Assembly (NCBI GenBank): GCA_963732385.1
Contig: CAVSZB010000003.1
Location: 96,001 to 160,000 of the forward strand
Length of the DNA: 64,000 bases
Reading direction: 5' to 3'
From: an uncultured bacterium
Lineage (GTDB): Bacteria; Krumholzibacteriota; Krumholzibacteriia; LZORAL124-64-63
Both the position numbers and the translations under genes were made by a program. Positions 9,111 to 17,593 of the stretch are shown piece after piece (the first letter of the stretch is position 1; each line of letters opens with the position of its first letter). The notes under the pieces are model-generated. The model saw only the letters and a list, made by a program, of their open reading frames with translations. It had not been told where the DNA came from and ran no database searches.

Positions 9111-9917
9111 ATGATTCTACCGATAGCTGCAATTCTGGCTGGGTTTGTGACGCTGTCCGCATTGGCGCGAGCTCAGCCAGTCACCGACACTACATGGGGA
9201 GCCGTTCAGGTTATCGAATTCGGAAAAGACGAATTGCCCGCAAATCTGTATAGCAGGTTCACCGGGAACGATAAGAATTCGATTCTGCAATATTGCCTCC
9301 CGGTGTCCTATTCAAAGGCGAAAGAGTATCCTCTTGTAGTATACGTGCCTGGCTACCATGGCCATCCGGGAGGCAATATCGGCAATGCGAAAGATATCGG
9401 CGGCGGTCATGATTGTGTTGTGGCAAGTCTGCCGTTGTTCAAGGCAGACATTGATCCTTCGGAAGTCGGGAAGGGGATAATCGTAGGTTTTTCCGACTAT
9501 CGGGTGTTGTCGGAGGCGTATGAAGTAATGCTACAGAGGCTTTTCGACGTCGTGCCGAATATTGATCGAGCAAAGAGCGCTATGGTGGGATTTTCCAACG
9601 GAGCAATCGCCATCGCCGTTTTGGTGTCATCACATGACGATTTCATTCTGGAGCGATTTGATAGCTTCTGCCTGGTCGATCACGGCATGTTTCACCTGAC
9701 CGACCTGCACAAGCTCCCTACGAAGAATCGGCGGTTTTTAATCGTCGTTGGAGACAAGGATGATTTCGGCCGAGACCTGAAGCTCCGAGGTGCCAGGCTG
9801 GTACAGGACTCAAGCCGGTTATTGGGCATTGATGTGGAGAGCCGTGTCCTGATAAATACTGGGCATGAATTGACGGACGCCTGCAAGAAGGACATTGGAG
9901 CCTGGATTTTCGAATAG
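9111..9917 (+). CDS. Secreted alpha/beta-hydrolase-like protein (cassette)
   Basis: Signal peptide; YPLVVYVPG, GFSNG nucleophile elbow, VGDKD, TGHE. Confidence 0.7.
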   Translation: MILPIAAILAGFVTLSALARAQPVTDTTWGAVQVIEFGKDELPANLYSRFTGNDKNSILQYCLPVSYSKAKEYPLVVYVPGYHGHPGGNIGNAKDIGGGHDCVVASLPLFKADIDPSEVGKGIIVGFSDYRVLSEAYEVMLQRLFDVVPNIDRAKSAMVGFSNGAIAIAVLVSSHDDFILERFDSFCLVDHGMFHLTDLHKLPTKNRRFLIVVGDKDDFGRDLKLRGARLVQDSSRLLGIDVESRVLINTGHELTDACKKDIGAWIFE

Positions 9918-9937
9918 GCTGAGTCTGCGGGGCAGCG

Positions 9938-10384
9938 ATGCGAATATGGTCTCTGCATCCGAAATATCTGGACTCACGGGGCCTGGTCGCGCTGTGGCGG
10001 GAGGGCCTGCTCGCGCAAGCCGTGTTGAAGGGAGAGACACGTGGGTACCGGCATCACCCCCAGTTAGAAAGGTTTCGCTGTCGCGCGTCTCCTGTGGGGG
10101 CCATTGCCGAGTACCTTCGGGGTGTTTATGCTGAATCCGAGGCTCGAGGCTTCCGATTCGATTGTAGCAAGATCGATCAGCGACGTGACCTGGGGACAGC
10201 GCGAGTAACTCGTGGTCAAATCAACTTCGAATGGTGCCATCTGGCGGCAAAGGTGAAGGGGCGTGACCCAGGGTGGGCCGCTCGTCATGGTTCCGTTGTG
10301 CGGCCGCTGCCTCACCCGATTTTTCGGATTGTACCGGGCGAGATCGAATCTTGGGAGCGGGTATCAGGCACCGCCAGGGGTTAG
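9938..10384 (+). CDS. Pyrimidine dimer DNA glycosylase/endonuclease V family protein
   Basis: MRIWSLHPKYLD..GLVALWREGLLAQ...GYRHHPQL signature. Confidence 0.85.
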   Translation: MRIWSLHPKYLDSRGLVALWREGLLAQAVLKGETRGYRHHPQLERFRCRASPVGAIAEYLRGVYAESEARGFRFDCSKIDQRRDLGTARVTRGQINFEWCHLAAKVKGRDPGWAARHGSVVRPLPHPIFRIVPGEIESWERVSGTARG

Positions 10385-10412
10385 TTGGCCGAGCGACCAA
10401 GGAAGAACGATC

Positions 10413-10508
10413 GCTCAACCAGAGCCCACACGGACAAAGCTTCTTTTCGCGACCAAGCCTTCACCGGGCGCGTGCCAATCGATTTTGCAGGTGAATCCGC
10501 CGCGAGCC
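10413..10508 (+). repeat. Degenerate attC-like site
   Basis: GCTCAACCAG...GACAAAGC...GCAGGTGAATCCGCCGCGAGCC; same layout as the neighbouring sites. Confidence 0.4.
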
Positions 10509-10558
10509 AGACAGGAAGCAGCCACATCACCGCGGAGACGCAAGAGGGAGACGAACTC

Positions 10559-10912
10559 ATGGACCAGGCAGAACAGGACCGTCGTGTTGACTACATAGAG
10601 TTTCCCGCCATAAACATTGAAGAGACCAAGAGTTTTTACTCAGAAGTCTTCGGTTGGGAGTTCACTGATTATGGTCCTGAGTACACGAGCTTCACCGACG
10701 GGCGATTAGCCGGCGGTTTTAGTGTGGCGCCAGAAGTGCGGGCAGGCGGACCATTGGTCGTGCTCTATTCCACGAACCTGGCAGAGATCGAGGCCCGAGT
10801 CAGTGAGAGCGGGGGGCGGATCGTCCGGGAGATATTCGAGTTTCCGGGTGGACGACGCTTTCACTTCAGCGATCCGAGCGGAAATGAGCTGGCGGTCTGG
10901 TCAGATCGATGA
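10559..10912 (+). CDS. VOC/glyoxalase family protein (cassette)
   Basis: VDYIEF, FYSEVFGW, FPGGRRFHFSDPSGNELAVWS. Confidence 0.9.
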   Translation: MDQAEQDRRVDYIEFPAINIEETKSFYSEVFGWEFTDYGPEYTSFTDGRLAGGFSVAPEVRAGGPLVVLYSTNLAEIEARVSESGGRIVREIFEFPGGRRFHFSDPSGNELAVWSDR

Positions 10913-11042
10913 TTCCTGGCCCGGATCGCCTCGGTGGCTCGCAGGGCGTGGCTGGCCGACCGGCGCCTTCAGCCTCTGCGCAGGTTCGCTAGAAAGACCA
11001 TGGTGTTGACATATCACCGAGTCGATCGGGTCAGGGGACGTG

Positions 11043-11306
11043 ATGAATACAGCAGTGTTCTGGATCGTGATTGTTGTTATTGGGGGAGCGTTAGTTTTTG
11101 CTGTTCATCGGCTTCTGGTTTGGATGGAGTTGAAAGGCTGGATTTACTATCGAAACTCAGGCAATCACAGCGGGGCTATGGGAACTGCATTTATGGCTTT
11201 GCATTCGATCCTGGATCCGGAAGCAGGGCGGGCGGCGGAATATAGGCTGCATGAGGAAGAGGAAGAAGCTGAGTCAGGCGAACCCCTGGTTCCTGGGAGC
11301 AAATGA
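11043..11306 (+). CDS. Small single-TM hypothetical protein
   Basis: N-terminal hydrophobic helix, WMELKGWIYYR motif, acidic tail. Confidence 0.7.
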   Translation: MNTAVFWIVIVVIGGALVFAVHRLLVWMELKGWIYYRNSGNHSGAMGTAFMALHSILDPEAGRAAEYRLHEEEEEAESGEPLVPGSK

Positions 11307-11312
11307 AGGATT

Positions 11313-11423
11313 TTCTAACCAGCGCAAGTACCTGACAAGGGCGCCTGTAGCGATGCTTGCAGAGCAAACGGCGCGCCTTGCAGGCTTCGGCGGCCGCCAT
11401 GGCGGGTGAAGCCAGCAGTAGAC
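11313..11423 (+). repeat. Degenerate attC-like site
   Basis: TTCTAACCAGCGCAAGTACCTGACAAGGGCGCCTGT...GCGGGTGAAGCCAGCAGTAGAC. Confidence 0.55.
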
Positions 11424-11437
11424 GCACAGAAGGCAGA

Positions 11438-11809
11438 ATGCACATGAGCGAAGATCCGGGCGGCAAGCTTCAGGGTACGCATTCGAGGCAAGGGCCCGGC
11501 AGTCCGCGCCGAAATTCGCCACAGGTGTGGTGGCGAATTGTCTTGGTGCTGGGAGCGGGCGTGACGCTGGCGTGGATTGACACGCGGCCTCAATGGGACG
11601 ACACGGGCATAATCGCATTCGGGGTTTTGCTCGTTGCGGCATTTGGTTCGCTTGCGGGTGTTACGCCGTGGTTGTCTGCCCTGCTCATTGCCGGTCCCAT
11701 TCTGGTTGCCGAACTATCGGGCGGCCCGGGTGTACTTCTTGCCATTCCATTTGCTTTGGCCGGCGCCCATGCCGGGGCGTTCGTGCGCCGCAAAATCGTG
11801 GGGCATTGA
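11438..11809 (+). CDS. Small hypothetical membrane protein
   Basis: Four hydrophobic segments, WIDTRPQWDDTGI motif; start approximate. Confidence 0.65.
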   Translation: MHMSEDPGGKLQGTHSRQGPGSPRRNSPQVWWRIVLVLGAGVTLAWIDTRPQWDDTGIIAFGVLLVAAFGSLAGVTPWLSALLIAGPILVAELSGGPGVLLAIPFALAGAHAGAFVRRKIVGH

Positions 11810-12046
11810 CCGCCATAGTTCCGATGGAGGCGGCCGCGTTCTCGGACGGCGCTCTCTCGCATAGGGTCGAGGAGCTGATTGCCGTACGGTATCCTCGCGT
11901 TTCGCCCCTGACGTGATGGAGCGGGTCTTCCCGGGAGAGATGAGCTTGTCAGGGCCAGCCCCAGGGCGACGTCGACCGGCTTCCGCTTTCCCCCCCCGTC
12001 CGTTGATTCAGCGGCTACCCAGGTCTGTGGCGTTGGGAAGACGGCC

Positions 12047-13159
12047 CTACTGACGAACCGCCGCCACCAGTTCCGCCGCCAGAACCCGCCCGTTCGTGGC
12101 GTGGTGGTCCAATACGCACCCCGCCACCGTCAGATCCAGCGACGGCACATGGAACGCGAACGTGTTCCAGAATCCCTGGTGGCCCCAGGCCATGCGACCG
12201 TCGAGTTCCACGCACATCAGCCCCAGCCGGTAGGGCGGCGTGCCTTCTCCGGTCATGGCGGAGAGAGTCGCTTCGTCGTGAAGCACGCGGCCCTTCAGCA
12301 GCAGGCGCATGAACTGGCCCAGGTCGCGCACGTCCGTGATCAGGCCGCCGCCGCCGTACAGGTCGAGCGTGGGATTCCAGTCGTAGGTATCGCGGTCTCC
12401 AAAATATTGGTGCGCGCGGGGAGCGGCCCCCGGCGGCGGGGTCTCGTTGATTTCCCACCAGGTGGAGTGCAGGCCGAGGCGGTCGTAGTCGACCAGTTCG
12501 TGCACGGCCTGGCCGAGGTTGCGGTCGGTGAGGTGTTCGATGATGCCGCCAAGGAGAACGTAGCCGGTGTCGGAGTATTTGTATCGCTCGCCCGGGGCGC
12601 CCACGGGATCGCGCCACTCGACGCAGCGGCGGACCTGCTCATCGCGGGTCCAGGTGTGCTGGGGGTCGGCGAGGATGGTGGCGGCGTAGCGGTCGTCGCC
12701 GGCGTGCTCGTCGAGACCCGATGTGTGGCTGAGGACGTGGCGGAGGGTGATGGCGTCGAGGTCGTAGCCGTCGTTGGTGAGGAGGGTGCGCTCCTCGTCC
12801 GTAAGGTGGCGGCCGAGGGGGTCGTCGAGGGAGAGGCGGCCCTGTTCGGCGAGGCGGAGGATGGCGGTGGCCACGTAGGTCTTCGTGTTGCTGGCGATGC
12901 GGAAGGTGTGGCGGGGCGTGAGTGGCTCGGCGGAATCGCGGGCGGAGTGCCCGGCGGCGCCGTACCAGTCCAGGCCGAGGCGCGGACAGATGACGCCGGC
13001 GCAGACGCCGGGGGCGGTCGGGTTGGCGGCCAGAAACGTCTCGATGACCTGCTGGAGGCGGGCGGTCAGGGCGGCGGGCGCCGCATCCACGGACGGCGTG
13101 GCGGCTGCGGCCGGGAGCGAGGCGAGCAGGACGGCGGCCAGGAGCAGACAGCGGATCAT
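12047..13159 (-). CDS. Serine hydrolase, beta-lactamase/D-Ala-D-Ala carboxypeptidase family
   Basis: Signal peptide MIRCLLLAAVLL; FRIASNTK (SxxK), LSHTSGL, YSD, GHQG. Confidence 0.9.
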   Translation of the reverse strand: MIRCLLLAAVLLASLPAAAATPSVDAAPAALTARLQQVIETFLAANPTAPGVCAGVICPRLGLDWYGAAGHSARDSAEPLTPRHTFRIASNTKTYVATAILRLAEQGRLSLDDPLGRHLTDEERTLLTNDGYDLDAITLRHVLSHTSGLDEHAGDDRYAATILADPQHTWTRDEQVRRCVEWRDPVGAPGERYKYSDTGYVLLGGIIEHLTDRNLGQAVHELVDYDRLGLHSTWWEINETPPPGAAPRAHQYFGDRDTYDWNPTLDLYGGGGLITDVRDLGQFMRLLLKGRVLHDEATLSAMTGEGTPPYRLGLMCVELDGRMAWGHQGFWNTFAFHVPSLDLTVAGCVLDHHATNGRVLAAELVAAVRQ

Positions 13160-13483
13160 CGGTTGCCTCCGGCGAAAGCGATTCAGCCCGACGGTCGGCG
13201 GGACGGAGGTCGCGCCTGCCTTGCGATGCGGGAAGCGGATCTTGCGGCTACTCCTCCGGCGCCGATCATGCCGCCATTGGCGCCTGCAGTTCAACTGCGC
13301 ATTCTCCACGCCTTCGCCGGCAGGGAGTGACGCACGCCGGAAACACCACAGAGCGTGAAGGCTGACGCCCGACTGTCCGATGCTGCGGTCACGCCGGCGA
13401 TCAAGCTCGTCATGAGCGTGCTCGTCGAATATCCTTGGCGTCTCGCCCGGCAGGGCGCCGGCGTTTGTCGAAAGGAACCTGTC

Positions 13484-14008
13484 GTGCCACGCAAGGCCCT
13501 CTGGATCGAACGACGCTTCATCTTCGACCTGCCGCTGTCCATGTTCCCCAACGTGCTCGAACGACTCCGCGGTACGCCGGCGCGGGTCGGGGAGCGGGTC
13601 GGCGGGCTGACTCCCGACGAGCTGCGGGCGCGGGTCGGGGAGACCTGGTCCATCCAGGAGACGGTCGGGCACCTGATCGAGGTCGAGGCGCTCTGGATCG
13701 GGCGGCTGGACGACTTCGCGCAGGGGCTCGAGCGGCTGCGCCCCGCGGACATGAGCAACCGGCGCACGATCGACGCCGATTACAATTCGCGCGAGGCGAC
13801 GGCCGTACTGGCCGGCTTTCGCGCGGTCAGGGGCGAGTTGGTCGGGAGGCTCGAGCAGCTTTCGGACGCAGCCATCGCCCGCACAGCGCTCCACCCCCGC
13901 CTGGGCCAGCCGATGCGGGTGCTCGACCTGATGGTCTTCGCGGCGGAGCACGACGATCACCATCTGGCGGGGATCACGGAGATCCTGGGGACGCTGCGCG
14001 GCGACTGA
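13484..14008 (+). CDS. DinB family protein
   Basis: WSIQETVGHL and AEHDDHHL His triad; AAAGGA before GTG 13484. Confidence 0.85.
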   Translation: MPRKALWIERRFIFDLPLSMFPNVLERLRGTPARVGERVGGLTPDELRARVGETWSIQETVGHLIEVEALWIGRLDDFAQGLERLRPADMSNRRTIDADYNSREATAVLAGFRAVRGELVGRLEQLSDAAIARTALHPRLGQPMRVLDLMVFAAEHDDHHLAGITEILGTLRGD

Positions 14009-14149
14009 GGGGGCGGCGGCGATGGCCGCGCTCCAGTGGACAGTTTGGCCGGACCTCGCCTGACCAGACGATCATCCTCGCCCATGTGAATCGGCGCCAT
14101 CCGCGCTTCCAGGCGGTGGATAGCGCCAGGTCGATGCAGGGGGAGGCCG

Positions 14150-16270
14150 ATGGCTACATCCACGGTGAAGCGGTTCCTGGCCCTGGCGAGACGCAGTGGT
14201 CGGACGGGCGCGCTGATTCTGTTGCTGCTGGCGTCGGCATCCGCGTTGCTGGCGCAGGGCGCGGGGGACGAGTGGGGACGCCGCTTCCAGAAGGCGATGG
14301 AGTTCTATCGCGCGGCCGACTACGCCCGCGCGGTGCCGGCAGTGAAGCGGGCCCTGACGCTCGCCGAGCAGACTGTCGGGCCCGATCACCCCGATGTCGC
14401 CACGAGCGTGAACGGCCTGGCGCTGATGCTGTTTGCCCAGGGGCATTATGCGCAGGCCACGCCGCTCTTCGAGCGAGCGCTGGCGATCCGGGAAAGGACG
14501 CTCGGCCCGGATCATCCCGCCGTGGCCGCGAGCCTGAACGACATGTCGCATCTGTACGAGGTCCTGGGGAGGTACGGGCGGGCCGACACGCTGTGCGCGC
14601 GCGGGCTGGCGATCCGGGAGACGGCGCTCGGCCCGGATCATCCCGACGTGGCCGCAAGCCTGGATCAACTGGCGGCGCTACGCACGATCCAGTGCCGGTT
14701 TGCGCAGGCCGAGTCGCTCGGCGCACGTGCGCTGGCGATCCGGGAGGCGGCGTTCGGTCCGGATCATCCCGATGTGGCCGCCAGCCTGCACGGTCTCGGG
14801 TCGCTGTGCCTCGCGCGCAAGCAGTACGTGCAGGCCAGGCCGCTTTTCGAGCGCGCCCTGACGATCCGGAAGCAGGCCTACGGACGGAGCCACCCCGAGG
14901 TGGCCGCGACCATGAACAGCCTCGCGACCCTGGACCTGGCCCTGGACCGGAGGGAGGAGGCCTACCAGGCGCACATGCGCGCGCGGGCGATGCGGGAGAC
15001 GCTGCTCGGTCCCGATCATCCTGACGTGGCCCAGAGTCTGGACAACCTCGCGGAAATGTACCACCTGCGGAGCGAGGAAAAGGCGGCCGAGCTGGCCGCC
15101 AAACGCGCGTTGGCGATCCGCGAGCGGGCGTTCGGGCCCGATCACCCCAGCGTGGCCGTGAGCTTGAACACCCTCGCGTGGCTGTACCAGGAGCGGGGCC
15201 GACCAGAGCAGGTCGAGATGCTCTACCGGCGTGCGCTCGCGATCCGGGAGCGGGCCTTCGGCCCCGATCATCCCGAGGTGGCGGCGGAGCTGTTCAGGCT
15301 CGGCATGCTTTGCGCCGGCGAAGGCCGACACGAGCAGGCGGAACAGCTCTATGCCCGCTCGCTGGCGATCCGCGCGAGAGTTATTGAGCCCGACCAGGAC
15401 GAGGTGGCCGTGAACCAGAACAATCTTGCGGTGGCGCGGGGCAATCTGGGGCGGTTCGCGCAGGCAGAGTCGCTCTTCACGCTCTCGCTGGCGCACGCGG
15501 AGCGAAGCCACGGCCCCGATGATTCACGCCTGGCCACCGAACTTTCCAACCTCGGATGGGTGTGCGGGAAGCAGGCCCGGTACGTCGAGGCCGAGGCATT
15601 CTACGCGCGCGCACTGGCGGGCCAGGAGAAGGCGCTCGGTCCGGATCATATCGAGGTGGCCCAGACCATGCACAGTCTCGCGGCGGTCTGCGAGGGCCTG
15701 AGTGAGCACGTGCGGGCCGAATCACTGTACAGGCAGTCGCTGTCCATCCGGGAGAAGGCCCTCGGCCGAAATCATCCCGGGGTGGCCAATGAACTTTACG
15801 ATCTCGCGAGGCTGTACCTGATGAGCGACCGGGCCGAAGAGGCCGAACCGCTGCTGAGGCGCTCGCTGCAGATCAGGGAAAGGAATCTCGGTCCCGACCA
15901 CGACGACGTGGCGTTGGTGCTGAACTCGCTCGCGACGTCGCTCCAGAAGCAGGGCCGGAACGAACAGGCGGTGCCGCTCTTCATGCGTGCGCAGGGGATC
16001 TGGGAGAAATCCCTCGGCGCGGACCACCCTAACGTGGCCTGGGCCCTCCACAACTTCGCGGAGTCGTATCGCCTCCAGGGTCAGTACGCGGCGGCCGAAT
16101 CGCTCTGCAATCGCGCGCTGGCGATCTGGGAGAAGGCGTACGGCCCTGACAACCAGCTGGTGGTCCTGCCGCTCGCCAAACTGGCCGCCATCTACCAGGT
16201 CACGGGACGCGAGGCGGCGGCAGACTCGCTGTTCCAGCGCGTGGCGGCGATCCGCGCCCTGAAGCCATGA
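14150..16270 (+). CDS. Secreted tetratricopeptide repeat protein (42-aa TPR repeats)
   Basis: Signal peptide followed by about 15 repeats of ALAIRE..LGPDHPDVA.SL..LA. Confidence 0.9.
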   Translation: MATSTVKRFLALARRSGRTGALILLLLASASALLAQGAGDEWGRRFQKAMEFYRAADYARAVPAVKRALTLAEQTVGPDHPDVATSVNGLALMLFAQGHYAQATPLFERALAIRERTLGPDHPAVAASLNDMSHLYEVLGRYGRADTLCARGLAIRETALGPDHPDVAASLDQLAALRTIQCRFAQAESLGARALAIREAAFGPDHPDVAASLHGLGSLCLARKQYVQARPLFERALTIRKQAYGRSHPEVAATMNSLATLDLALDRREEAYQAHMRARAMRETLLGPDHPDVAQSLDNLAEMYHLRSEEKAAELAAKRALAIRERAFGPDHPSVAVSLNTLAWLYQERGRPEQVEMLYRRALAIRERAFGPDHPEVAAELFRLGMLCAGEGRHEQAEQLYARSLAIRARVIEPDQDEVAVNQNNLAVARGNLGRFAQAESLFTLSLAHAERSHGPDDSRLATELSNLGWVCGKQARYVEAEAFYARALAGQEKALGPDHIEVAQTMHSLAAVCEGLSEHVRAESLYRQSLSIREKALGRNHPGVANELYDLARLYLMSDRAEEAEPLLRRSLQIRERNLGPDHDDVALVLNSLATSLQKQGRNEQAVPLFMRAQGIWEKSLGADHPNVAWALHNFAESYRLQGQYAAAESLCNRALAIWEKAYGPDNQLVVLPLAKLAAIYQVTGREAAADSLFQRVAAIRALKP

Positions 16271-16283
16271 GGCTGGGTTTGCG

Positions 16284-17480
16284 TCATTCCGATGACATGC
16301 CTCCTGGCGCCGGCGCGGATGGCTCTTCCGCAGACACCCGCTCCTCGCCCCGGCCGTTCAGCCAGCGGGCCAGCATCGCGTCCGTGAGGCGCCACGGTTC
16401 AGTGTCGTTTTCGCGCTCCGCCAGGTCGAGCTCCCTGAGGGCGCGGATCGACTTCTGGATGCCGCCGACCGAGCCGAGGCGGTGGCGCTGCAGGTAGCCG
16501 GCGGCCATGATCCGGGGCGACGGCTCGCGGGCGAGGGCGCGCAGGAGCAGGCGCTGCTGGAGCGTCAGGGCCGACACGACGGCCTCGTAGACCGGGGTCT
16601 CGGCCTGGAGCAGCTCGGCCAGGGCGGCGGCGATCGTCGGCTCGACGATTTCCAGTTTCTCGCGCTGCGCGATCTCCCAGGCGAAGTAGCCGAGGCGTTG
16701 CGCGTAGTACGGGTGGCCTGCGGCGAGGGAGGTCAGGCAGACGGCGGCGGCCTCGTTGCACGGGCGGCCGCCGGCTGCGAAGCGTTCCTGCACGTAGGCC
16801 CGGAGGTCAGCGGCCGGCAGCGGGGGGAGCGGGCGCAGGATGGCGCTCTGGAAGAACGGGCGCTGGCGGTCGCTGAAGAGGCCGAGCAGCAGATGGCGGC
16901 GGCTGCCGACGAAGGTCCACGCGGCGCCGGTGCGCGCGATGCCGCTGCGCAGCTCCGCCTCGACGGCGGGGGCCTCCTTCAGCATCACGATCTCCTGGAA
17001 TTCGTCGAGGGCGAGGTGGACCAGCTCTTCGGTGCCGGCGATGAACGAGACCAGGGCCTCCATCACTTCGTTCAGCAGGGCCAGGCCGGTGCGGCCGGCG
17101 GCGACCGGCTCGACGGTCAGGCTGGCGCCGCCCTGGGGATCGGGGCGCAGGACCGGTCGGAACGTGCGCAGGGTGGCGAGCGCCCTCTTCCAGAGCGGCT
17201 CGCGGCCGTGGACCTGCGCGAACACCGCGCGGGAGAGTCGGGCGGCGGCGTCCTCGGCGGAGGCGACGCCGAAGAGGTCGCAGAAGATGGTCACGGCTCC
17301 TTCGGCGGCCAGGTCGGACTGCACGCGTTTCACCAGGGAGGTCTTGCCGAAGCGGCGGGGGGAATACAGGACCACGCTCCCTTTGGCGCGGGCGTGGGCG
17401 GCAAGCTCCTGCAGTTCGGGAGCGCGGTCGCAGAGGGGGCCGTCGGGGGGGATCGGGATCAGATAGAAGGGATTGCTCAT
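16284..17480 (-). CDS. AAA+/STAND-like ATP-binding protein with probable C-terminal winged helix
   Basis: Walker A SPRRFGKTS, Walker B LALDEFQ, FVGS, GHPYY. Confidence 0.85.
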   Translation of the reverse strand: MSNPFYLIPIPPDGPLCDRAPELQELAAHARAKGSVVLYSPRRFGKTSLVKRVQSDLAAEGAVTIFCDLFGVASAEDAAARLSRAVFAQVHGREPLWKRALATLRTFRPVLRPDPQGGASLTVEPVAAGRTGLALLNEVMEALVSFIAGTEELVHLALDEFQEIVMLKEAPAVEAELRSGIARTGAAWTFVGSRRHLLLGLFSDRQRPFFQSAILRPLPPLPAADLRAYVQERFAAGGRPCNEAAAVCLTSLAAGHPYYAQRLGYFAWEIAQREKLEIVEPTIAAALAELLQAETPVYEAVVSALTLQQRLLLRALAREPSPRIMAAGYLQRHRLGSVGGIQKSIRALRELDLAERENDTEPWRLTDAMLARWLNGRGEERVSAEEPSAPAPGGMSSE

Positions 17481-17510
17481 GGCGGGCCCCCTTCTCGCGA
17501 GAGCGTTCGA

Positions 17511-17553
17511 TATTCCCAGAGAATTATTCTCATAGAATTATTCACAAAGAATA
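17511..17553. promoter_or_regulatory. Three tandem 14-bp palindromic units TATTC-N5-GAAT upstream of the ATPase gene
   Basis: TATTCccagaGAAT TATTCtcataGAAT TATTCacaaaGAATA. Confidence 0.7.
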
Positions 17554-17593
17554 GCAGGCTGTCAAGCCCAAAAAGATGCAACAGGGGCCCGGT

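Noticed and set aside
10920..11040. Possible additional attC (GGCCGACCGGCGCCTTCAGCC)
   Set aside because: Only a left-half resemblance; no matching right arm
14380..16150. 126-bp periodic DNA repeats (GGCCCGGATCATCCC)
   Set aside because: Explained by TPR coding repeats
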